A program made the position numbers and the translations under genes. The notes beneath the pieces were generated by a model, which searched no databases, had not been told where the DNA came from, and was given only the letters and a program-made list of their open reading frames with translations. From Gordius albopunctatus (Eukaryota), in assembly GCA_964276515.1 (NCBI GenBank), contig OZ193910.1, positions 8,184,001 through 8,248,000 on the forward strand: a DNA stretch of 64,000 nt. The letters run 5' to 3'. This document shows, piece by piece, positions 1 to 12,000 of this stretch (within the stretch, counting starts at the first letter, position 1; every line of letters begins with the position of its first letter).

Positions 1-3000
1 ATGAGCTTACTTTCATATATTTTTTCAAAATCTTTTACATAAAATAACAAAAAATATATTTTTTCAGGTTAAAATACTTCACAATTTTTTCCATTCAACC
101 ATATTCATCCAATGAAAGTTTTATTTTCCGACCTGATTTCCATGATAAAAAGTTAAAATTTATCAGAATTAGAGAACTATTACTTTGAAATCATCATCGC
201 ATAGAGCATGTTTCAAAAATTAAGCACTCACTTTGCGATACAACAAACTAATCGCAACAATATAACGTTGACTTTTCTCAAAATGATTGTTCTCGCAACT
301 TTTAACTTCTTATATGGAGTCGATCGAGAATAATAGGATTCTCAAATGAGCTTACTTTTAAATATTTTTTCAAGCTCTTTTACATAAAATAACAAAAATT
401 ATATTTTTTTAGCTCCGAATAATTCACAATTTTTTGCTTTCAAATCATATTCATCCGATGAAAGTTGTTATTTTCAGACGTGATTTCCATGATAAAAAGT
501 TAAATTTTATCAGAATTAGAGAACTATTACTTTGAAATCATCATCGCATAGAGCATGTTTCAAAAATTAAGCACTCGCGTTGCCATACAACAAATTAATC
601 GCAACAATATAACGTTATCTTTTCTCAAAATGATAGTTCTCGTAGCTTGAAACTTCTTATAAGGAGTCGATCGAGAATAATAGGATTCTCAAATGAGCTT
701 ATTCTATATATTTTTTCAAGCTCTTTTACATAAAATAACAAAAAATATATTTTTTCAGGTTAAAATACTTCACAATTTTTTCCATTCAACCATATTCATC
801 CAATGAAAGTTTTATTTTCCGACCTGATTTCCATGATAAAAAGTTAAAATTTATCAGAATTAGAGAACTATTACTTTGAAATCATCATCGCATAGAGCAT
901 GTTTCAAAAATTAAGCACTCACTTTGCGATACAACAAACTAATCGCAACAATATAACGTTGTCTTTTCTCAAAATGATTGTTCTCGCCGCTTGAAACTTC
1001 TTATATGGAGTCGATCGAGAATAATAGGATTCTCAAATTAGCTTACTTTTATATATTTTATCAAGCTCTTTTACATAAAATAACAAAAATTATATTTTTT
1101 TAGCTCCGAATAATTCACAATTTTTTCCTTTCAAATCATATTCATCCGATGAAAGTTGTTATTTTCAGACGTGATTTCCATGATAAAAAGTTAAAATTTA
1201 TCAGAATTAGAGAACTATTACTTTGAAATCATCATCGCATAGAGCATGTTTCAAAAATTAAGCACTCACTTTGCGATACAAGAAACGAATCGCAACAATA
1301 TAACGTTCTCCTTTTCTCAAAATGATTGTTCTCGCAGCTTAAAAATTCTTATAAGGAGTCGATCGAGAATAATAGGATTCTCAAATGAGCTTACTTTTAT
1401 ATATTTTTTCAAGCTCTTTTACATAAAATAACAAAAAATATATTTTTTCAGGTTAAAATAATTCACAATTTTTTCCATTCAACCATATTCATCCAATGAA
1501 AGTTTTATTTTCCGACCTGATTTCCATGATAAAAAGTTAAAATTTATCAGAATTAGAGAACTATTACTTTGAAATCATCATCGCATAGAGCATGTTTGAA
1601 AAATTAAGCAGTCACGTTGCGAACAACAAACTAATCGCAACAATATAACGTTGTCTTTTCTCAAAATGATAGTTCTCGCCGCTTGAAACTTCTTATATGG
1701 AGTCGATCGAGAATAATAGGATTCTCAAATTAGCTTACTTTTATATATTTTATCAAGCTCTTTTACATAAAATAACAAAAATTATATTTTTTTAGCTCCG
1801 AATAATTCACAATTTTTTCCTTTCAAATCATATTCATCCGATGAAAGTTGTTATTTTCAGACGTGATTTCCATGATAAAAAGTTAAAATTTATCAGAATT
1901 AGAGAACTATTACTTTGAAATCATCATCGCATAGAGCATGTTTCAAAAATTAAGCACTCACTTTGCGATACAACAAACTAATCGCAACAATATAACGTTG
2001 TCTTTTCTCAAAATGATTGTTCTCGCAGCTTAAAAATTATTATAAGGAGTCGATCGAGAATAATAGGATTCTCAAATGAGCTTACTTTTATATATTTTTT
2101 CAAAATCTTTTACATAAAATAACAAAAAATATATTTTTTCAGGTTAAAATACTTCACAATTTTTTCCATTCAACCATATTCATCCAATGAAAGTTTTATT
2201 TTCCGACCTGATTTCCATGATAAAAAGTTAAAATTTATCAGAATTAGAGAACTATTACTTTGAAATCATCATCGCATTGAGCATGTTTCAAAAATTAAGC
2301 AGTCACGTTGCGATACAACAAACAAATCGCAACAATATAACGTTGTCTTTTCTCAAAATGAAAGTTCTCGCCGCTTGAAACTTCTTATATGGAGTCGATC
2401 GAGAATAATAGGATTCTCAAATTAGCTTACTTTTATATATTTTATCAAGCTCTTTTACATAAAATAATAAAAATTATATTTTTTTAGCTCCGAATAATTC
2501 ACAATTTTTTCCTTTCAAGCATATTCATCCGATGAAAGTTTTTATTTTCAGACGTGATTTCCATGATAAAAAGTTAAATTTTATCAGAATTAGAGAACTA
2601 TTACTTTGAAATCATCCTCGCATAGAGCATGTTTCAAAGATTAAGCCATCACGTTGCGATACAACAAACTAATCGCAACAATATAACGTTGTCTTTTCTC
2701 AAAATTATAGTTCTCGCCGCTTGAAACTTCTTATATGGAGTCGATCGAGAATAATAGGATTCTCAAATGAGCTTTTATATATTTTTTCAAGCTCTTTTAC
2801 ATAAAATAACAAAAATTATATTTTTTTAGCTCCGAATAATTCACAATTTTTTCCTTTCAAATCATATTCATCCGATGAAAGTTGTTATTTTCAGACGTGA
2901 TTTCCATGATAAAAAGTTAAAATTTATCAGAATTAGAGAACTATTACTTTTAAATCATCATCGCATAGAGCATTTTTCAAAAATTAAGCACTCACGTTGC

Positions 3001-6000
3001 GATACAACAAACTAATCGCAACAATATAACGTTCTCCTTTTCTCAAAATGATTGTTCTCGCAGCTTGAAACTTCTTATATGGAGTCGATCGAGAATAATA
3101 GGATTCTCAAATGAGCTTACTTTTTTATATTTTTTCAAGCTCTTTTACATAAAATAACAAAAAATATATTTTTTCAGGTTAAAATAATTCACAATTTTTT
3201 CCTTTCAACCATATTCATCCGATGAAAGTTTTTATTTTCAGACGTGATTTCCATGATAAAAAGTCAAAATTTATCAGAATTAGAAAACTATTACTTTTAA
3301 ATCATCATCGCATAGAGCATTTTTCAAAAATTAAGCACTCACGTTGCGATACAACAAACTAATCGCAACAATATAACGTTGTCTTTTCTCAAAATGATAG
3401 TTCTCGCAGCTTGAAACTTCTAATATGGAGTCGATCGAGAAAAATAGGATTCTCAAATGAGCTTACTTTTTTATATTTTTTCAAGCTCTTTTACATAAAA
3501 TAACAAAAAATATATTTTTTCAGGTCAAAATAATTCACAATTTTTTCCTTTCAACCATATTCAACCGATGAAAGTTTTTATTTTCAGACGTGATTTCCAT
3601 GATAAAAAGTCAAAATTTATCAGAATTAGAGAACTATTACTTTTAAATCATCATCGCATAGAGCATTTTTCAAAGATTAAGCACTCACGTTGCGATACAA
3701 CAAACTAATCGCAACAATATAACGTTGTCTTTTCTCAAAATTATAGTTTTCGCCGCTTGAAACTTCTTATATGGAGTCGATCGAGAATAATAGGATTCTC
3801 AAATGAGCTTACTTTTATATATTTTTTCAAGCTCTTTTACATAAAATAACAAAAATTATATTTTTTTAGCTCCGAATAATTCACAATTTTTTCCTTTCAA
3901 ATCATATTCATCCGATGAAAGTTGTTATTTTCAGACGTGATTTCCATAATAAAAAGTCAAAATTTATCAGAATTAGAGAACTATTACTTTTAAATCATCA
4001 TCGCATAGAGCATTTTTCAAAGATTAAGCACTCACGTTGTGATACAACAAACTAATCGCAACAATATAACGTTGTCTTTTCTCAAAATTATAGTTCTCGC
4101 CGCTTGAAACTTCTTATATGGAGTCGATCGAGAATAATAGGATTCTCAAATGAGCTTACTTTTATATATTTTTTCAAGCTCTTTTACATAAAATAACAAA
4201 AATTATATTTTTTTAGCTCCGAATAATTCACAATTTTTTCCTTTCAAACATATTCATCCGATGAAAGTTGTTATTTTCAGACGTGATTTCCATGATAAAA
4301 AGTTAAAATTTATCAGAATTAGAGAACTATTACTGTGAAATCATCATCGCATAGAGAATGTTTCAAAAATATAAACATTCACGTTGCGATACAACAAACT
4401 AATCGCAACAAAATAACGTTGTCTTTTCTCAAAATGATAGTTCTCGCCGCTTGAAACTTCTTATATTGAGTCGATCGAGAATAATAGGATTCTCAAATGA
4501 GCTTACTTTTATATATTTTTTCAAGCTATTTTACATAAAATAACAAAAAATATATTTTTCCAGGTTAAAATAATTCACAATTTTTTCCTTTCAACCATAT
4601 TCAACCGATTAAAGTTTTTATTTTCAGACGTGATTTCCATGATAAAAAGTCAAAATTTATCAGAATTAGAGAAATATTACTTTTAAATCATCATCGCATA
4701 GAGCATTTTTCAAAGATTAAGCACTCACGTTGCGATACAACAAACTAATGGCAACAATATAACGTTGTCTTTTCTCAAAATGATAGTTCTCGCAGCTTGA
4801 AACTTCTTATATGGAGTCGATCGAGAAAAATAGGATTCTCAAATGAGCTTACTTTTTTATATTTTTTCAAGCTCTTTTACATAAAATAACAAAAAATATA
4901 TTTTTTCAGGTCAAAATAATTCACAATTTTTTCCTTTCAACCATATTCAACCGATGAAAGTTTTTATTTTCAGACGTGATTTCCATGATAAAAAGTCAAA
5001 ATTTATCAGAATTAGAAAACTATTACTTTTAAATCATCATCGCATAGAGCATTTTTCAAAAATTAAGCACTCACGTTGCGATACAAAAAACTAATCGCAA
5101 CAATATAACGTTGTCTTTTCTCAAAATGATAGTTCTCGCAGCTTGAAACTTCTTATATGGAGTCGATCGAGAAAAATAGGATTCTCAAATGAGCTTACTT
5201 TTTTATATTTTTTCAAGCTCTTTTACATAAAATAACAAAAAATATATTTTTTCAGGTCAAAATAATTCAAAATTTTTTCCTTTCAACCATATTCAACCGA
5301 TGAAAGTTGTTATTTTCAGACGGGATTTCCATGATAAAAAGTTAAATTTTATCAGAATTAGAGAACTATTACTTTGAAATCATCATCGCATAGAGCATGT
5401 TTCAAAAATTAAGCACTCGCGTTGCCATACAACAAACTAATCGCAACAATATAACGTTATCTTTTCTCAAAATGATAGTTCTCGTAGCTTGAAACTTCTT
5501 ATAAGGAGTCGATCGAGAATAATAGGATTCTCAAATGAGCTTATTCTATATATTTTTTCAAGCTCTTTTACATAAAATAACAAAAAATATATTTTTTCAG
5601 GTTAAAATACTTCACAATTTTTTCCATTCAACCATATTCATCCAATGAAAGTTTTATTTTCCGACCTGATTTCCATGATAAAAAGTCAAAATTTATCAGA
5701 ATTAGAAAACTATTACTTTTAAATCATCATCGCATAGAGCATTTTTCAAAAATTAAGCACTCACGTTGCGATACAAAAAACTAATCGCAACAATATAACG
5801 TTGTCTTTTCTCAAAATGATAGTTCTCGCAGCTTGAAACTTCTTATATGGAGTCGATCGAGAAAAATAGGATTCTCAAATGAGCTTACTTTTTTATATTT
5901 TTTCAAGCTCTTTTACATAAAATAACAAAAAATATATTTTTTCAGGTCAAAATAATTCAAAATTTTTTCCTTTCAACCATATTCAACCGATGAAAGTTGT

Positions 6001-9000
6001 TATTTTCAGACGTGATTTCCATGATAAAAAGTCAAAATTTATCAGAATTAGAGAAATATTACTTTTAAATCATCATCGCATAGAGCATTTTTCAAAGATT
6101 AAGCACTCACGTTGCGATACAACAAACTAATGGCAACAATATAACGTTGTCTTTTCTCAAAATGATAGTTCTCGCAGCTTGAAACTTCTTATATGGAGTC
6201 GATCGAGAAAAATAGGATTCTCAAATGAGCTTACTTTTTTATATTTTTTCAAGCTCTTTTACATAAAATAACAAAAAATATATTTTTTCAGGTCAAAATA
6301 ATTCACAATTTTTTCCTTTCAACCATATTCAACCGATGAAAGTTTTTATTTTCAGACGTGATTTCCATGATAAAAAGTCAAAATTTATCAGAATTAGAAA
6401 ACTATTACTTTTAAATCATCATCGCATAGAGCATTTTTCAAAGATTAAGCACTCACGTTGCGATACAACAAACTAATGGCAACAATATAACGTTGTCTTT
6501 TCTCAAAATGATTGTTCTCGCAGCTTAAAAATTATTATAAGGAGTCGATCGAGAATAATAGGATTCTAAAATGAGCTTACTTTCATATATTTTTTCAAAA
6601 TCTTTTACATAAAATAACAAAAAATATATTTTTTCAGGTTAAAATACTTCACAATTTTTTCCATTCAACCATATTCATCCAATGAAAGTTTTATTTTCCG
6701 ACCTGATTTCCATGATAAAAAGTTAAAATTTATCAGAATTAGAGAACTATTACTTTGAAATCATCATCGCATAGAGCATGTTTCAAAAATTAAGCACTCA
6801 CTTTGCGATACAACAAACTAATCGCAACAATATAACGTTGACTTTTCTCAAAATGATTGTTCTCGCAACTTTTAACTTCTTATATGGAGTCGATCGAGAA
6901 TAATAGGATTCTCAAATGAGCTTACTTTTAAATATTTTTTCAAGCTCTTTTACATAAAATAACAAAAATTATATTTTTTTAGCTCCGAATAATTCACAAT
7001 TTTTTGCTTTCAAATCATATTCATCCGATGAAAGTTGTTATTTTCAGACGGGATTTCCATGATAAAAAGTTAAATTTTATCAGAATTAGAGAACTATTAC
7101 TTTGAAATCATCATCGCATAGAGCATGTTTCAAAAATTAAGCACTCGCGTTGCCATACAACAAACTAATCGCAACAATATAACGTTATCTTTTCTCAAAA
7201 TGATAGTTCTCGTAGCTTGAAACTTCTTATAAGGAGTCGATCGAGAATAATAGGATTCTCAAATGAGCTTATTCTATATATTTTTTCAAGCTCTTTTACA
7301 TAAAATAACAAAAAATATATTTTTTCAGGTTAAAATACTTCACAATTTTTTCCATTCAACCATATTCATCCAATGAAAGTTTTATTTTCCGACCTGATTT
7401 CCATGATAAAAAGTTAAAATTTATCAGAATTAGAGAACTATTACTTTGAAATCATCATCGCATAGAGCATGTTTCAAAAATTAAGCACTCACTTTGCGAT
7501 ACAACAAACTAATCGCAACAATATAACGTTGTCTTTTCTCAAAATGATTGTTCTCGCCGCTTGAAATTTCTTATATGGAGTCGATCGAGAATAATAGGAT
7601 TCTCAAATTAGCTTACTTTTATATATTTTATCAAGCTCTTTTACATAAAATAACAAAAATTATATTTTTTTAGCTCCGAATAATTCACAATTTTTTCCTT
7701 TCAAATCATATTCATCCGATGAAAGTTGTTATTTTCAGACGTGATTTCCATGATAAAAAGTTAAAATTTATCAGAATTAGAGAACTATTACTTTGAAATC
7801 ATCATCGCATAGAGCATGTTTCAAAAATTAAGCACTCACTTTGCGATACAAGAAACGAATCGCAACAATATAACGTTCTCCTTTTCTCAAAATGATTGTT
7901 CTCGCAGCTTAAAAATTCTTATAAGCAGTCGATCGAGAATAATAGGATTCTCAAATGAGCTTACTTTTATATATTTTTTCAAGCTCTTTTACATAAAATA
8001 ACAAAAAATATATTTTTTCAGGTTAAAATAATTCACAATTTTTTCCATTCAACCATATTCATCCAATGAAAGTTTTATTTTCCGACCTGATTTCCATGAT
8101 AAAAAGTTAAAATTTATCAGAATTAGAGAACTATTACTTTGAAATCATCATCGCATAGAGCATGTTTGAAAAATTAAGCAGTCACGTTGCGAACAACAAA
8201 CTAATCGCAACAATATAACGTTGTCTTTTCTCAAAATGATAGTTCTCGCCGCTTGAAACTTCTTATATGGAGTCGATCTAGAATAATAGGATTCTCAAAT
8301 TAGCTTACTTTTATATATTTTATCAAGCTCTTTTACATAAAATAACAAAAATTATATTTTTTTAGCTCCGAATAATTCACAATTTTTTCCTTTCAAATCA
8401 TATTCATCCGATGAAAGTTGTTATTTTCAGACGTGATTTCCATGATAAAAAGTTAAAATTTATCAGAATTAGAGAACTATTACTTTGAAATCATCATCGC
8501 ATAGAGCATGTTTCAAAAATTAAGCACTCACTTTGCGATACAACAAACTAATCGCAACAATATAACGTTGTCTTTTCTCAAAATGATTGTTCTCGCAGCT
8601 TAAAAATTATTATAAGGAGTCGATCGAGAATAATAGGATTCTCAAATGAGCTTACTTTTATATATTTTTTCAAAATCTTTTACATAAAATAACAAAAAAT
8701 ATATTTTTTCAGGTTAAAATACTTCACAATTTTTTCCATTCAACCATATTCATCCAATGAAAGTTTTATTTTCCGACCTGATTTCCATGATAAAAAGTTA
8801 AAATTTATCAGAATTAGAGAACTATTACTTTGAAATCATCATCGCATAGAGCATGTTTCAAAAATTAAGCACTCACTTTGCGATACAACAAACTAATCGC
8901 AACAATATAACGTTGACTTTTCTCAAAATGATTGTTCTCGCAACTTTTAACTTCTTATATGGAGTCGATCGAGAATAATAGGATTCTCAAATGAGCTTAC

Positions 9001-12000
9001 TTTTAAATATTTTTTCAAGCTCTTTTACATAAAATAACAAAAATTATATTTTTTTAGCTCCGAATAATTCACAATTTTTTGCTTTCAAATCATATTCATC
9101 CGATGAAAGTTGTTATTTTCAGACGTGATTTCCATGATAAAAAGTTAAATTTTATCAGAATTAGAGAACTATTACTTTGAAATCATCATCGCATAGAGAA
9201 TGTTTCAAAAATTAAGCACTCGCGTTGCGATACAACAAACTAATCGCAACAATATAACGTTATCTTTTCTCAAAATGATAGTTCTCGTAGCTTGAAACTT
9301 CTTATATGGAGTCGATCGAGAATAATAGGATTCTCAAATGAGCTTATTCTATATATTTTTTCAAGCTCTTTTACATAAAATAACAAAAAATATATTTTTT
9401 CATGTTAAAATAATTCACAATTATTTCCTTTCAACCATATTCAACCGATAAAAGTTTTATTTTCCGACCTGATTTCCATGATAAAAAGTTAAAATTTATC
9501 AGAATTAGAGAACTATTACTTTGAAATCATCATCGCATAGAGCATGTTTCAAAAATTAAGCACTCACTTTGCGATACAACAAACTAATCGCAACAATATA
9601 ACGTTATCTTTTCTCAAAATGATTGTTCTCGCCGCTTGAAACTTCTTATATGGAGTCGATCGAGAATAATAGGATTCTCAAATTAGCTTACTTTTATATA
9701 TTTTTTCAAGCTCTTTTACATAAAATAACAAAAATTATATTTTTTCAGGTTAAAATACTTCACAATTTTTTCCATTCAACCATATTCATCCAATGAAAGT
9801 TTTATTTTCCGACCTGATTTCCATGATAAAAAGTTAAAATTTATCAGAATTAGAGAACTATTACTTTGAAATCATCATCGCATAGAGAATGTTTAAAATT
9901 AAGCACTCACGTTGCGATACAACAAACTAATCGCAACAATATAACGTTGACTTTTCTCAAAATGATTGTTCTCGCAACTTTAAACTTCTTATAAGGAGTC
10001 GATCGAGAATAATAGGATTCTCAAATCTGCTTATTTTTATATATTTTATCAAGCTCTTTTATATAAAATAATAAAAAATATATTATTTAGCTCCGAATAA
10101 CTCACAATTTTTTCCATTCAACCATATTCATCCAATGAAAGTTTTATTTTCAGACGTGATTTCCATGATAAAAAGTTAAAATTTATCAGAATTAGAGAAC
10201 TATTACTTTGAAATCATCATCGCATAGAGCATGTTTCAAAAATTAAGCACTCACTTTGCGATACAACAAACTAATCGCAACAATATAACGTTGTCTTTTC
10301 TCAAAATGATTGTTCTCGCAGCTTAAAAATTATTATAAGGAGTCGATCGAGAATAATAGGATTCTAAAATGAGCTTACTTTCATATATTTTTTCAAAATC
10401 TTTTACATAAAATAACAAAAAATATATTTTTTCAGGTTAAAATACTTCACAATTTTTTCCATTCAACCATATTCATCCAATGAAAGTTTTATTTTCCGAC
10501 CTGATTTCCATGATAAAAAGTTAAAATTTATCAGAATTAGAGAACTATTACTTTGAAATCATCATCGCATAGAGCATGTTTCAAAAATTAAGCACTCACT
10601 TTGCGATACAACAAACTAATCGCAACAATATAACGTTGACTTTTCTCAAAATGATTGTTCTCGCAACTTTTAACTTCTTATATGGAGTCGATCGAGAATA
10701 ATAGGATTCTCAAATGAGCTTACTTTTAAATATTTTTTCAAGCTCTTTTACATAAAATAACAAAAATTATATTTTTTTAGCTCCGAATAATTCACAATTT
10801 TTTGCTTTCAAATCATATTCATCCGATGAAAGTTGTTATTTTCAGACGTGATTTCCATGATAAAAAGTTAAATTTTATCAGAATTAGAGAACTATTACTT
10901 TGAAATCATCATCGCATAGAGCATGTTTCAAAAATTAAGCACTCGCGTTGCCATACAACAAATTAATCGCAACAATATAACGTTATCTTTTCTCAAAATG
11001 ATAGTTCTCGTAGCTTGAAACTTCTTATAAGGAGTCGATCGAGAATAATAGGATTCTCAAATGAGCTTATTCTATATATTTTTTCAAGCTCTTTTACATA
11101 AAATAACAAAAAATATATTTTTTCAGGTTAAAATACTTCACAATTTTTTCCATTCAACCATATTCATCCAATGAAAGTTTTATTTTCCGACCTGATTTCC
11201 ATGATAAAAAGTTAAAATTTATCAGAATTAGAGAACTATTACTTTGAAATCATCATCGCATAGAGCATGTTTCAAAAATTAAGCACTCACTTTGCGATAC
11301 AACAAACTAATCGCAACAATATAACGTTGTCTTTTCTCAAAATGATTGTTCTCGCCGCTTGAAACTTCTTATATGGAGTCGATCGAGAATAATAGGATTC
11401 TCAAATTAGCTTACTTTTATATATTTTATCAAGCTCTTTTACATAAAATAACAAAAATTATATTTTTTTAGCTCCGAATAATTCACAATTTTTTCCTTTC
11501 AAATCATATTCATCCGATGAAAGTTGTTATTTTCAGACGTGATTTCCATGATAAAAAGTTAAAATTTATCAGAATTAGAGAACTATTACTTTGAAATCAT
11601 CATCGCATAGAGCATGTTTCAAAAATTAAGCACTCACTTTGCGATACAAGAAACGAATCGCAACAATATAACGTTCTCCTTTTCTCAAAATGATTGTTCT
11701 CGCAGCTTAAAAATTCTTATAAGGAGTCGATCGAGAATAATAGGATTCTCAAATGAGCTTACTTTTATATATTTTTTCAAGCTCTTTTACATAAAATAAC
11801 AAAAAATATATTTTTTCAGGTTAAAATAATTCACAATTTTTTCCATTCAACCATATTCATCCAATGAAAGTTTTATTTTCCGACCTGATTTCCATGATAA
11901 AAAGTTAAAATTTATCAGAATTAGAGAACTATTACTTTGAAATCATCATCGCATAGAGCATGTTTGAAAAATTAAGCAGTCACGTTGCGAACAACAAACT

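Noticed and set aside
55..72. Splice-acceptor-like 'ttttttcag|g' and TATA-like motifs in each monomer
   Set aside because: These are expected by chance in AT-rich DNA, are absent from the tagctccg subtype, and have no exon or gene context.
1..345. Tandem MITE or other transposon-derived unit
   Set aside because: The inverted repeats are short and local, not terminal, and there are no target-site duplications or coding remnants. A remote transposon origin cannot be excluded without a database search.
1246..1431. 61-aa ORF MFQKLSTHF..., six copies (1246, 7816, 11614, 17496, 20611, 28216)
   Set aside because: It exists only because one monomer variant (agaaacgaat, plus a 1-bp longer gttctcc) removes stops present in the other ~179 units. 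It has no recognisable domain, and the copies are identical through HOR duplication. Useful only as an HOR marker.
5305..5330. CENP-B box-like 'cggg' variant
   Set aside because: It lacks the TTCG-N4-A-N2-CGGG arrangement and is a single SNP found in two monomers.
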